Of a stretch of 64,000 nucleotides of DNA, positions 10,000 through 20,161 are shown in pieces. Every line of letters begins with the position of its first letter. Position 1 is the first letter of the stretch. The position numbers were made by a program, and so were the translations under genes. The stretch spans positions 2,176,001-2,240,000 of the forward strand of contig CBDBCZ010000019.1 in NCBI GenBank assembly GCA_965203295.1. Reading direction: 5' to 3'. The notes under the pieces are model-generated. The model was not told the origin of the DNA. It saw only the letters and a list, made by a program, of their open reading frames with translations, and did not search any database. This DNA is from Nitrospirales bacterium. GTDB lineage: Bacteria; Nitrospirota; Nitrospiria; Nitrospirales; UBA8639.

Positions 10000-10848
10000 A
10001 TGTTAGAAAATTTTCTTCAGCTCATTAGACTCCGAAACCAAGTTGGAACGTTTCTCCTGTTACTTCCCTCGCTTTGGGCTATTGTTCTAGCTTCACATGG
10101 CTCGCCCTCTATCAAGCTCTTAGTTATTTTTTCGGTCGGGGCGTTTGTCATGCGAAGTGCAGGGGTCGTCGTGAATGATCTTGCTGACCAAACCTTCGAC
10201 CGCCAGGTTGCACGCACGAGGAACCGGCCGTTGGCCTCTGGAGTCTTGACGGGCTATCAGGCGCTTCTCTTTCTTTTTGCTCTTCTCATTTTCGCCGCTG
10301 GGTTGCTTTGGTTCCTCAACCCTTTAGCCGTTTGGCTGAGCCCGATTGCCCTTATCCTCGCTGTCCTCTACCCGTTCACGAAACGGGTTTTTCATCTGCC
10401 TCAATTCTTTTTAGGCTTAGCCTTTGGGTGGGGAGTCGTCATGGCATGGGCCGCCACGCGCAATCAACTTGATTTGTCCGTTTGGCTGTTATACGGCGCC
10501 ACCGTTTTTTGGGCCATCGCCTATGATACGATTTACGCGCTGCAGGATCGTGAGGATGATAGGCGCGTTGGGATAAAGTCTTCGGCTCTTTTATTTGGAT
10601 CAAAAGTCTGGATCGCTGTCGGACTTGCTTTGGGGGGAATGCTGATTTTTTTGTTGATGGCTGGAACCCAAGAAGGTTTGGGGCCAATTTATTATGGAGT
10701 ATTAGCTGGAACAGCGGGATTTTTTAGTCACCAAGTCTGGAGGTTACGTCAAGACCTGTTACCCCCAGAGGCTTTTTCCTTGTTTAGACAACATATCTGG
10801 GCTGGCAGTGCGATTCTCGTAGGAATATGGGCGGGTTCTTTTTATTAG
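10000..10848 (+). CDS. ubiA: 4-hydroxybenzoate polyprenyltransferase
   Basis: MRSAGVVVNDLADQTFDRQVARTRNRPLASG, YPFTKR, YDTIYALQDREDD. Confidence 0.93.
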   Translation: MLENFLQLIRLRNQVGTFLLLLPSLWAIVLASHGSPSIKLLVIFSVGAFVMRSAGVVVNDLADQTFDRQVARTRNRPLASGVLTGYQALLFLFALLIFAAGLLWFLNPLAVWLSPIALILAVLYPFTKRVFHLPQFFLGLAFGWGVVMAWAATRNQLDLSVWLLYGATVFWAIAYDTIYALQDREDDRRVGIKSSALLFGSKVWIAVGLALGGMLIFLLMAGTQEGLGPIYYGVLAGTAGFFSHQVWRLRQDLLPPEAFSLFRQHIWAGSAILVGIWAGSFY

Positions 10849-10908
10849 CAGGGCAGGAGAACACTCTGCACGACAGCCTGGACTTTTTCCATGGCCTGCT
10901 GGGACTGG

Positions 10909-11970
10909 CTACTCTGGAGGCGGGATAGGCTGATCCGGTTTGGGGGCCCTGAGTGTTTCGAGATAAAAGGTCAAGGCCTTTCCATCGTCTTGTGAGATAC
11001 CAAGATTCGGCATGCGTGTATGTTTTTTCATGCCTTGGGGATACAGGATCCACCGATAAACCCATGTCGCGTTCAGTCGGAATCCTGCACGATCCAGTTC
11101 GGGCCCAACCAGGCCTCCCTGTTGATTTATACTATGGCAGGCATGACAGCCATATGTATTTTCATACAGATGCTTGCCGGCTTCTTCAAAACGAACTCGT
11201 TCTTCATCTGAGACCGTCAGATCAGGCCTCGCGACTTGACTCTGCCTCGGCCGTTTCGTGAAATTTTCAAACGCCTCTTCTGCTGCTTCAAATTTTTCCG
11301 TGACTTTTTCTAAAGCTTCTTCTTCAGGAAGGAGGACTTCCTCCTCTTCTTCATCTTCTTCGACATCTTCTTCATTCATATCGTCATCGTCATCTTCTTC
11401 TGCCGCAGCCGCAGCAGCTTCCGCTTCATCTATTTTTTGCTGAGCCGCTTCAAGAACTGCTGTCGCTTCATCAAATTCCTGCTTAGCCGCGTTATATTCG
11501 GTTTCGAGTTGTTGCTTCCGACTTTCCACATCGTAGGTCAGATCCATACCATGAAGTGTTCGAACATAGCCGACAATGGACCAAATTTCATTCTCTGATA
11601 ACGTGTACTTAAAGGTTGGCATCGTGGAAACTGCAAAATACTCATCATCATCCAAGACAGCTTGATCTGTGGTATCTCTCATCTCTCTGGAAATTGTATT
11701 GAAAATTTCCTCATCACTGAAGGTGGACATGGCTGATTTTTCGGAAAGATCTCGTGGGCGTGGATCAGGCATGGTCTCCCAATTAAATCCTTCACCTTGA
11801 CGTCCAGATTCACCGTGACAATGCATACAGTAATGATGATAGAGCTTTCGTCCCTTCGCGGTTCTTTCATCCTTGAATAATGTGCAACTGGTAGTCAGGG
11901 TAAGCAGGATCCCTACCGTGATGGCAATGAGCATGTACCACATCCGTTGTCTTTCCCGGTTCCCTTTCAT
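10909..11970 (-). CDS. Diheme c-type cytochrome, probable lipoprotein, with an acidic coiled-coil insertion
   Basis: CMHCH and CHACH motifs; TTSC lipobox-like sequence. Confidence 0.88.
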   Translation of the reverse strand: MKGNRERQRMWYMLIAITVGILLTLTTSCTLFKDERTAKGRKLYHHYCMHCHGESGRQGEGFNWETMPDPRPRDLSEKSAMSTFSDEEIFNTISREMRDTTDQAVLDDDEYFAVSTMPTFKYTLSENEIWSIVGYVRTLHGMDLTYDVESRKQQLETEYNAAKQEFDEATAVLEAAQQKIDEAEAAAAAAEEDDDDDMNEEDVEEDEEEEEVLLPEEEALEKVTEKFEAAEEAFENFTKRPRQSQVARPDLTVSDEERVRFEEAGKHLYENTYGCHACHSINQQGGLVGPELDRAGFRLNATWVYRWILYPQGMKKHTRMPNLGISQDDGKALTFYLETLRAPKPDQPIPPPE

Positions 11971-12833
11971 ACCGACTGCCCTTTCCTCAGCTTTCTGACC
12001 AAGACTATCTCAAAGGCTACTGCGATGACCAGACCGAGAACCACGTAGCCATAGATGGAATTATCTGGAGGAGGCTCAGCCCGCAAATACCACCAAGAAG
12101 AGACAGCTTTCTGACTTCCCTGTTCTTTGACACTCCCATCGACGATTTCTCCATCCCAAAATGCAAAAGCCACGCTGGTCCACACTCCTGGCTCAATTTG
12201 CACATCCTGGTCGTTCTGCTCCTCTCCTGTTTTCAAGGGCCGTGAGAAGACGACTCGCCACGTTCCGTCTTGCCATACTCCGGATGCTGACACGTCTTGG
12301 TGTTGGTCACTTTGAGGGCGAAGTGTTTTAAAACCCTTTGCGCTCATATCAAGGGCCTTTTCATTCTCTTTTTTCCAATACCAGATATTGACCGGGCCAC
12401 CTTCGACTTGGAGCATTTCTTGACCATGAGCAAAATGGGCTTTCTTATCTCCAACCATAAACTCCAACGCTGCCGCATCAGCCGGACTTTCGGTGGGATC
12501 CTGGTACTCAACAAGCATGGCCATCTCTTCGCCATTATGTAGACCCCGCACGGTTACCGACTTAACGGTGGTTTCTTGAATTCGGTCTTGCCAATGAACC
12601 TGAGGAGCTAACTTAAATTCAGACGCGGGAACCGAATTCCAAGCAGAGTCCATAGGATCAGTGGATGGAAGAGCGCCATCGCTTAAATACATGCGCACAG
12701 AAACGCTCCCTGACCCACCGTCACTTGGGGGCTCACTCGCGCGCGCACCTGAAGATCCCACAATCCATATGAGAGAAAGCGTCATCAATCCTACAATGAG
12801 TATCTTTCTATCTGCCATATCTCTACTCCTCAA
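11967..12833 (-). CDS. Ethylbenzene dehydrogenase gamma / DMSO reductase type II heme-b subunit-like protein (NxrC-like), C-terminal membrane anchor
   Basis: Signal peptide, DAAALEF, PVNIWYWK, WRVVFSRPL, VAFAFWDG...QKAVSSW, C-terminal TM. Confidence 0.8.
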   Translation of the reverse strand: MRSRDMADRKILIVGLMTLSLIWIVGSSGARASEPPSDGGSGSVSVRMYLSDGALPSTDPMDSAWNSVPASEFKLAPQVHWQDRIQETTVKSVTVRGLHNGEEMAMLVEYQDPTESPADAAALEFMVGDKKAHFAHGQEMLQVEGGPVNIWYWKKENEKALDMSAKGFKTLRPQSDQHQDVSASGVWQDGTWRVVFSRPLKTGEEQNDQDVQIEPGVWTSVAFAFWDGEIVDGSVKEQGSQKAVSSWWYLRAEPPPDNSIYGYVVLGLVIAVAFEIVLVRKLRKGQSV

Positions 12834-12874
12834 TTCTCCTTTGAAAATCGGAATCCTTTTCCTTGTGGGCCAGC

Positions 12875-13600
12875 TTATTCCTCTTCTTCCCAGGTGCGTG
12901 GTGACTGATGTGCACCATCATATTCACCCATGATGATCTTCCACACGAACTCATCTGGAAGTTCCACTTCCCATCTTGGCATCGCCGATTTCCAGGGCAT
13001 TCCTTCAACCGGGAGCCCGACACCTCCTTTTTTTATCCTCCAAAAAAGGTAGGATTCTTGTAATTGGGCAATGGTTCCAGGGTCAGCAAAATTGGCGGGC
13101 GGAGGATTAAACCCCGGAGCTGCTGGGCCTTTACCATCAAAATTCGCTCCGTGACAAGGGGAACAATAAGCCGCATACAGCCCTTTCCCCATCATGATGT
13201 TTTCAGGGGTTTTAGGGTAGGGGTTTGACAACCCGACAAACTCCCCAGGAGGGGCCGGATGGATGGTACGGTTTTCCGGCGGTGGAAGGTCACTGGGCAC
13301 TATGCTAGTATACATCTGCCAGCCGACTAACAACGGAAAGAGAATTAGCACCAGAATCCTGACGATTTTGGCAAACCCTTCCTGCCCTACCCCAGCCAAA
13401 AATCGATGGATCGGTCCCATAAATAACTCAAGCGAAGCTCCACTCATCGTGTAAAAAATCATCAGGGCACTCAAAGTCAGGGCCAGGTACAACCAGATGA
13501 GACTCATCGGGAGCGGAGCCGTAATCAGTGGAAGAATAAATTTCAGGAAGACAAAGATCCCGGCAAGGGTAACGGCCGTGGTAGTAATTGGACCTTTCAT
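12875..13600 (-). CDS. Membrane-anchored monoheme cytochrome c
   Basis: Three N-terminal TM helices, CSPCH, SAMP. Confidence 0.88.
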   Translation of the reverse strand: MKGPITTTAVTLAGIFVFLKFILPLITAPLPMSLIWLYLALTLSALMIFYTMSGASLELFMGPIHRFLAGVGQEGFAKIVRILVLILFPLLVGWQMYTSIVPSDLPPPENRTIHPAPPGEFVGLSNPYPKTPENIMMGKGLYAAYCSPCHGANFDGKGPAAPGFNPPPANFADPGTIAQLQESYLFWRIKKGGVGLPVEGMPWKSAMPRWEVELPDEFVWKIIMGEYDGAHQSPRTWEEEE

Positions 13601-13614
13601 GGCTCTCTCTCCTG

Positions 13615-14271
13615 TTATAGACCTTCAAAAGCTAACGCGTTGGGCGTATCCATCGTTTGATTTAGGTTATGCCCATGAACAGCCTTGGAAGCCACTTCCA
13701 CTCCTTCAGGCTCCGGCTTCATGACGTCCTCTATCTTTATGCTAATGGGCTCCCCGCTCATTTTTTGTAAAAACGCAATGACCGAATAGATTTCTTGTTT
13801 GGTGAGAGCAATAGGATTTTTATTGATGTAAGGCATTCGGGCAGGATATTCCTTGGGAAGGCCTTCGTGCCGGAAATCCATATAGATATAAGACTGAGGG
13901 TCGGTCAAGCTCTCATAAATAAACTCTGGAGCCAGTTTAGACCCGATTCCTTTCAGATCCGGGCATCGGGCCGACTCACTTGGACCAATCGAATGGCACA
14001 GTGCACATTGGCCTTTGCTGAAAAAGATCTTTTGCCCGATTGAGGCGAGATCATCTGGCGACTTCACACTGGCGATGTCAAACTTTTCAACGGCCGGGGG
14101 AAGAGAGGGCGCTTGGGGGATACTGGCGCCAATATAGCTAAAGAGCCCTAACATAATGGCCACAAACCCGACGACCCTGACAAACATGGCCTTGATGAAT
14201 AGCAGGATGACGATCCCGCCCCCCACGACAAACAACGCTATCCAAGGTAAGAGTAATTCAACCTCGCTCAT
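13615..14271 (-). CDS. Membrane-anchored monoheme cytochrome c
   Basis: Two TM helices, CALCH, ARMP. Confidence 0.88.
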   Translation of the reverse strand: MSEVELLLPWIALFVVGGGIVILLFIKAMFVRVVGFVAIMLGLFSYIGASIPQAPSLPPAVEKFDIASVKSPDDLASIGQKIFFSKGQCALCHSIGPSESARCPDLKGIGSKLAPEFIYESLTDPQSYIYMDFRHEGLPKEYPARMPYINKNPIALTKQEIYSVIAFLQKMSGEPISIKIEDVMKPEPEGVEVASKAVHGHNLNQTMDTPNALAFEGL

Positions 14272-14363
14272 GCATCCTCGCTCATGCTAAAAGTTCAACG
14301 GCTTTTTCTCAAAATGTTTCTCGGCCCAAATTCTGCAGTACCATGACCCGCCACTACAATAAC

Positions 14364-16235
14364 TCATTTATTATCCTGCGATTTCTCTCGTTCAATTGAA
14401 CTTGGGGAACCACCTGCCATAGCCGGCGAAAGACCGGGAGCTACTTTCGGACTTTCTTCTTTGGGAGGGGCTTTCCCATTATCCCCCATCGTCGCGACCC
14501 AAAAAATAAATGCCACAAGCAGACAAAATACAAATGTGTTCAAAGACATGAACGCGGTTGCGTAACCTAGAGCAGGAGAGTATGCATACTCGGACGTATC
14601 ACGCATGACCCCATACACGTGCCAATGGACGCGGGAAGAAGAACGAGCATAACCCATGAGCGACATGAGCAAAATAACCATGACCGCATTGGAAACGAGG
14701 GTGTACCCGGCTCTCACCGGCATTTGACCCCAGATCATTTCAGTCGTGGTTTTCGCACTCTTCATGAGAACAGCAGTGAGCGGTGTAAAGGTGACCAGGA
14801 TGAACAGGACGATCAAGACTTGTACTACTGAAAGGGTATTGATTCTAAAAAGAGCCGGCACGAAGTAACCGTAAACCCCTAACACGATGATGGCGATCCC
14901 AGACACCGCGAGCAGTCCACCCATTATGGCTTTGGCAACTTTAGCCCAGGTAGCCGTCTCTTGCTTTCCAGCTCGCCAATACATGATAAAACTCATGAAG
15001 GTGACGAGAATCATGAGATTTGCCACGGTCATTTTGGCCGACATCACGCCAAATACACCCAACAGAGGATGATGCGTGCCCCCCATTTTCCGTGCTTCCT
15101 CCAGGCTGGCGACGAGTGAATGAGGCGTTATCCAGACGGCGAGCGACACCATCAACACGACAAGCATCGCCAAGATGGGCTTCTTATAACTCTGTTCAGA
15201 CCCTGGAATACGATAGGTAATACCCATCCAGAAATAATAGTTGGCCCCGAGGAACAAGACTCCAATGAGCATGGCCTGAAGGATAAAGAGCCAGGCTAAA
15301 AACCCACCCATGAGGGTAATACCCATTTGTTGGTTATATTGATAAATCTCCCGCATGAGCCAATATCCGGCAAAGGGGAGGGGCAACATACCAAATACCC
15401 CAATGAAATTACCCACATACCCCATCCAGTCATAATGGTCTCGCTCCTCACGAGAAACCGCCAAAAGATACCGAACGCCGGCATATGCTCCGCAAATGAA
15501 CCCACCCAGGACCACATTGGCAATAAACCTGTGGATATTGACTGGCCACCATGTGGGATTCCATGTCGCTGCCCATGCCCGTGCAAGGGCAGTGCCTTCA
15601 GCCACCACAACTGGACTGGCCTGGAACGTCGCCCATGAATTTGGGATAACCATAATGAAAAAGGCAAACAGATTCAACAGGAAGCCTAGGAAGATGTGAA
15701 ACCCCTTTTTATTACCTTGCATGACATCCCAGCCATACCAATAGAGATACAATGTCGCAGTTTCGAGGAGGAAGAGGATGGAATACGCAATAAAGGAGGG
15801 AAAGAACATATCCGAAAGAAAGGCCATTAACTTAGGATAGAGTCCAACCAATAGAAAAAGAAGGATTCCTCCGAACAAAGCCGTGGTCGCGTAAGCCGAG
15901 GTCAGCAATTTGGTGAATTCCTTGGCTAACTTATCATACCGTGGTTCCTTGGTTTTCCACCCCACAATCTCACAAACCCACGCAAACAAGGGAACGCCCA
16001 ACACAAACCCGGCCAAAAGCAAATGTTGCTGAGCGATGACCCATATAACATTCCGGCTTCCAACTCCAGGAATGTCACGATATTCCACCGACATGGCCTG
16101 CGTGGCTGCACCCTGTGCCAACGCCAAGCATGGCAAAACGAGAAAAGCAATAAATGCCCCCCACCCTAGGAGAGAAGACGCGCGGATATGGCGTATCGAG
16201 GTTCCCACTGTCCTAATTGCGCCCTGGAGTGTCAT
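14364..16235 (-). CDS. Cytochrome bd-like (CydA superfamily) oxidase subunit I
   Basis: QQHLLLAGFVLG, LETATLYLYWYGW, NSWATFQASP, NIHR, RVHWH; many TM helices. Confidence 0.88.
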   Translation of the reverse strand: MTLQGAIRTVGTSIRHIRASSLLGWGAFIAFLVLPCLALAQGAATQAMSVEYRDIPGVGSRNVIWVIAQQHLLLAGFVLGVPLFAWVCEIVGWKTKEPRYDKLAKEFTKLLTSAYATTALFGGILLFLLVGLYPKLMAFLSDMFFPSFIAYSILFLLETATLYLYWYGWDVMQGNKKGFHIFLGFLLNLFAFFIMVIPNSWATFQASPVVVAEGTALARAWAATWNPTWWPVNIHRFIANVVLGGFICGAYAGVRYLLAVSREERDHYDWMGYVGNFIGVFGMLPLPFAGYWLMREIYQYNQQMGITLMGGFLAWLFILQAMLIGVLFLGANYYFWMGITYRIPGSEQSYKKPILAMLVVLMVSLAVWITPHSLVASLEEARKMGGTHHPLLGVFGVMSAKMTVANLMILVTFMSFIMYWRAGKQETATWAKVAKAIMGGLLAVSGIAIIVLGVYGYFVPALFRINTLSVVQVLIVLFILVTFTPLTAVLMKSAKTTTEMIWGQMPVRAGYTLVSNAVMVILLMSLMGYARSSSRVHWHVYGVMRDTSEYAYSPALGYATAFMSLNTFVFCLLVAFIFWVATMGDNGKAPPKEESPKVAPGLSPAMAGGSPSSIEREKSQDNK

Positions 16236-16267
16236 AACCCTCTCCTTCCCTTCCCTGTCTTGCCAAA

Positions 16268-17218
16268 CTAATGCTGGTGGTCCCCTTCGGAATGCTCATG
16301 ATCCTGGGACTGGCCATCCGCACCCATGGAGGCTTTTTTGCCTTCCGCTTTTCCACTTGCTGGCTTTTCTATGCCCTTTCCATTTCCGCCTGCCTGTTTT
16401 GCTTCCGCAGTCGGATCACTTTTACCTTCTTTCTTTTCCAACTCTTCGACGGTCAAGCTGGCTTGAGCCAGGACCTTCTCGGCATGCTTGAGAACTTCAG
16501 CCGGTTTAATCACCTTGACTTCTTTTCTTGAAGATAAAAACTCATACTCCTCATGAGGGTGAGGGGTGCTGACCGGCAAGAGACCCCAAAACAGAAAGGC
16601 CAAAACCACACCTGTGCCAGTAAACGCTGTGAGGAGAAGAGGTTGATCTGCAGGAACACGCAGGAGATCCCAATGGTGGACGACATCTTGATAGCTTTCT
16701 CCTGCCTGAGTCGATGCCCGAACATGCCGTTGCGCAATCGCTCCCAATCCATACAACCAACCAAGAATGAGAATAATCAACACCACCGTGGCTGCGCTCC
16801 CCCACATCACCAATTCAATGCTAATCTGCTCGGCGATGGGAAGGCCTGGAATCACATGCTCTTTCAAAAACTCTATCGTAGCAGCCGTTGCAGATTTCGC
16901 CGTTGAAACTACGGCCCCCATAATGACATAGAGCAGAGGCAAGTAAATTACATTTAAGATTGTCCATTGCCACCAAAGGGTGAGACCCAAGCCAGGTTGA
17001 GGTTCAACACGAAGTCGCTCAAAAAACACTGTTCTAGCACAGAGGCCAATGGCCCAGATATCAATGGGAACGGATAACAGGAGGAGTCCGTAGAGACCGG
17101 TTCCTTCCCAGGGATGAACTCCTGCCGCCAACATCAAGAGGGCGAGCACCAACTTGATGGGAAATCCTGTCCAAAAGCTTGGCCAAAGAACAAGAAGACC
17201 TAACTTGGTATTTGACAT
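16268..17218 (-). CDS. Hypothetical membrane protein in the respiratory operon, His-rich C-terminus
   Basis: About 5-6 TM segments, tight operon spacing, PHPHEEY motif, QDHEHSEGDHQH tail. Confidence 0.75.
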   Translation of the reverse strand: MSNTKLGLLVLWPSFWTGFPIKLVLALLMLAAGVHPWEGTGLYGLLLLSVPIDIWAIGLCARTVFFERLRVEPQPGLGLTLWWQWTILNVIYLPLLYVIMGAVVSTAKSATAATIEFLKEHVIPGLPIAEQISIELVMWGSAATVVLIILILGWLYGLGAIAQRHVRASTQAGESYQDVVHHWDLLRVPADQPLLLTAFTGTGVVLAFLFWGLLPVSTPHPHEEYEFLSSRKEVKVIKPAEVLKHAEKVLAQASLTVEELEKKEGKSDPTAEAKQAGGNGKGIEKPASGKAEGKKASMGADGQSQDHEHSEGDHQH

Positions 17219-17224
17219 ATGGGT

Positions 17225-18334
17225 TTAGTCGAGAAATTCTCTGTTGATAATCGCAGAAACCGTGAATATTAATATCCCTGCCATGACGACAATCCACCCT
17301 ATCAGTGCAAAGGGCCGTTTAAAAATATTCCGCTCTGGGCTCTTATCGATAAAGGGAAGCGCGGCCAACAATGCCATAAAGGCTCCCGGAATGGCTACGG
17401 CCCCTAGAAACTGACCGAATTCCCCACCGAAAATCTTGAGACGCAGCAATTGAAAAAGGAATAAAAAGTACCATTCCGGTTCCGGATGATAATCACCGGG
17501 GTCAGGAGTCGCTTCTTCTAACAGGACTACTGGTTCAATGAAGGCTAAGCTAGCAGTGATGAGAAAGACACTGGCCATTGCGACAATGTCTTTCCAGACT
17601 TGACGAGGAAAGAAATAATCGGTTTTGGCTTTCAGTTCCTCCGGTGTTCCCCGGAAAGGTCCAGCGGGACCCGCCTTTCTGAAAAAGAATATGTGCAACC
17701 CTGCCAATCCCATTAAGGTCGCAGGGAGAATCATGACATGAATCACAAAAAATCTGCTGATGGTCATTTGCCCTGGCGTAGGGCCACCTTTGAGGAACCG
17801 GGCCATGAAATCCCCGATAATCGGTGTTTTGTCCATAATCTCGACACCCACGACGGTGGCCCAATAAGCCCGTTGGTCCCATGGGAGGAGGTAGCCTGTA
17901 AATCCAAACGCCATGACAATGCCAAACAATGCCAATCCCACTAACCAGATCAACTCCCTTGGGCTCTTATAAGCCCCCCAAAGAAACACTTGTGACATAT
18001 GGGCAAAGACCATGACCACCATGACCGAGGATCCCCAAAAATGATAACTCAGGAGGAACCAACCGTAATCGACCTCATGAATGATGTATTGGGTACTCGC
18101 ATAGGCATGGTCTGTACTGGGGACATAGTAAAACATCAACAGGATCCCGGTCACAACCTGCAAGATAAAGATGAACAGCAGGCATGACCCAAAGGCATAG
18201 GCCCAGCGTGACCCACCAGGGATAGGCTCGTTGAGCATCTTGGCCTGAATCGTCTTCAGCCCGACACGCTCATCAACAAAGGCCACAACCTTCTCAAATG
18301 GGCTCTGCGCCGTTACATTGGGTTGACCATTCAT
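17225..18334 (-). CDS. petB: Cytochrome b subunit of a Rieske/cytochrome b complex
   Basis: GYLLPWDQRAYWA, PEWYFLF, four heme His ligands. Confidence 0.93.
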   Translation of the reverse strand: MNGQPNVTAQSPFEKVVAFVDERVGLKTIQAKMLNEPIPGGSRWAYAFGSCLLFIFILQVVTGILLMFYYVPSTDHAYASTQYIIHEVDYGWFLLSYHFWGSSVMVVMVFAHMSQVFLWGAYKSPRELIWLVGLALFGIVMAFGFTGYLLPWDQRAYWATVVGVEIMDKTPIIGDFMARFLKGGPTPGQMTISRFFVIHVMILPATLMGLAGLHIFFFRKAGPAGPFRGTPEELKAKTDYFFPRQVWKDIVAMASVFLITASLAFIEPVVLLEEATPDPGDYHPEPEWYFLFLFQLLRLKIFGGEFGQFLGAVAIPGAFMALLAALPFIDKSPERNIFKRPFALIGWIVVMAGILIFTVSAIINREFLD

Positions 18335-18357
18335 GAATAAACCGTCACATCGTTAAG

Positions 18358-19302
18358 CTAAAGGATCCGAATTTGCCCTTTGACACCAGCTTTATATTCG
18401 ACATCAATGACTTTAATATCTCCGGCCGCACTGAGCTGAATGGGAAGGACATCAAGGCCCCTTGGGGCAGGACCGTCCAGGACTTTGCCCGAAGCATCAT
18501 AAATACTGAGGTGACAGGGACACAAGAAGATAGGTTCAGGCAATTTTTTAATTTTTCGCCATTTATACCCGCACCCTAAATGAGGACATTTCCCTGAATA
18601 GGCGATAAAAGGGATATTAGGTTTATTGACCCAGACTAAGTCGCCTTTGTGATCGTAGAATTTTTTTTCTTTTTTTCCATAGACCTCTGTCAGGAGAGCG
18701 GGAGTGGCTTTGACAACCCATACATTTTTCTCAATGTTCTGGGCTGGCATAAAGGCTTCTTTAAACTTGCGTTTAAATTTAAACTGGACCCCGGAGTCTT
18801 CCTTTTTGATTTTCTTTACATTTCCAACGTTAAACCAATTATTATCAAAGGGGACATACATCGGCTTCATCAGGTATTTCAGAACCGGAAACGCAAGAGG
18901 TAGCGCAATCAAAGTCCCAATGGCATGAGTCATATTGGTAAAAAAGGTCCGACGTGGCACATCCCTCTCCAAACACGGGAGGGGAACCAAGATTTCACCA
19001 GGCTCAACATGGAGGTGATCTTCTAAATGGGCAATTTCCACTTCCTTTGTGGTCACATATTGGTCCCTATCAAGCGTTGGAAACCTTCCTAACTCCTCCG
19101 ACGAAAACCTGAGGCTCACTTCTTCCTCACTGACGACCTCTTGAATCTCGGTAGTCGGGATCAACCTCTCTATCCCTTGCCCCCCTTGTTCCCGAATCAC
19201 CACATGGCTGATTTGGTGGGACAACGGGTCGACAATGACCTTGGCAATCTCACCAACCTCTCTGTCTGAACAGCAGGCTTTGGCGGTTAATTTTGGTTGC
19301 AT
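18358..19302 (-). CDS. Rieske 2Fe-2S subunit with an N-terminal PRC-barrel-like extension
   Basis: CPHLGC and CPCH boxes, GPAPRGL, internal RRTFF followed by a TM helix. Confidence 0.9.
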   Translation of the reverse strand: MQPKLTAKACCSDREVGEIAKVIVDPLSHQISHVVIREQGGQGIERLIPTTEIQEVVSEEEVSLRFSSEELGRFPTLDRDQYVTTKEVEIAHLEDHLHVEPGEILVPLPCLERDVPRRTFFTNMTHAIGTLIALPLAFPVLKYLMKPMYVPFDNNWFNVGNVKKIKKEDSGVQFKFKRKFKEAFMPAQNIEKNVWVVKATPALLTEVYGKKEKKFYDHKGDLVWVNKPNIPFIAYSGKCPHLGCGYKWRKIKKLPEPIFLCPCHLSIYDASGKVLDGPAPRGLDVLPIQLSAAGDIKVIDVEYKAGVKGQIRIL

Positions 19303-19328
19303 AAATTAGGAGTTACCTTCAGTAATCA

Positions 19329-20141
19329 CTACTTCATCTTGATGGGTTTTGGTGTGTTGACGGAAACATCTTTCAACGTGGCGAGGAAGGCCACAAGGGC
19401 GTCCACTTCGCTATCTTCCATCAAATCTTTGTATTTATCAGGCATCTTGCCCTTCTTGTATTGTTTATCAAACCCCTCCGCCATCCAAGTCTTTGGCAAG
19501 AGAATCTTCTCCTTGAGTTGCTCCGGGGTCATCAGATTCCCGATGTTATCAAGCTTAGGGCCACGCTTTTTCCCGCCTTGTCCGAAGAGTTTGTGGCAGT
19601 TATAACATTCCTGAAGATCCCACTGTTCTTTTCCAAGAGCCACAAGATCCCCAGACGCTGCAGCCATTCCCAAGGATGATCCTAACGTCTCCTCGACAAC
19701 TACCGCTCCGACTCCTAGTGATTTCAACTGTTTAGAAATAGATTCGGCCTTTTCATCCAACGCTTTTGCCCTGGCAATCAGTTCTTCTGCTTTCCCTTGT
19801 TTGGTCTTCGCTCGTTTGGCTCTGAGTATTTTTTCAATCTTTCCTTTTTCATCCTCAGGGTCATACTGAGGCAGCAAGGTGCCACCCGCAATATACGCGC
19901 CAGAAATAACGGCATAAAACAATAGAATCGCAACGATGGCTTTTCCCCCCTCCAATCGTTGAATGGATGGGGCATCCAAGAGGATAAATACAAAAGCTCC
20001 AAGAAGCGCGTAAATAAAGAACATCACCTGGAAGACATCTGGAAAGTGAGTCATTCTGGAGATTACGACAAGGCCAATACCAACTATGACCCCGATCACT
20101 GCCTTTTTCATGACGTTTTTCATCATACTAGGTTGAGGCAT
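19329..20141 (-). CDS. Membrane-bound monoheme cytochrome c
   Basis: Three TM helices, CYNCH, GKMP. Confidence 0.88.
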   Translation of the reverse strand: MPQPSMMKNVMKKAVIGVIVGIGLVVISRMTHFPDVFQVMFFIYALLGAFVFILLDAPSIQRLEGGKAIVAILLFYAVISGAYIAGGTLLPQYDPEDEKGKIEKILRAKRAKTKQGKAEELIARAKALDEKAESISKQLKSLGVGAVVVEETLGSSLGMAAASGDLVALGKEQWDLQECYNCHKLFGQGGKKRGPKLDNIGNLMTPEQLKEKILLPKTWMAEGFDKQYKKGKMPDKYKDLMEDSEVDALVAFLATLKDVSVNTPKPIKMK

Positions 20142-20161
20142 TCTCTTCCCCCGTTGGTTTC

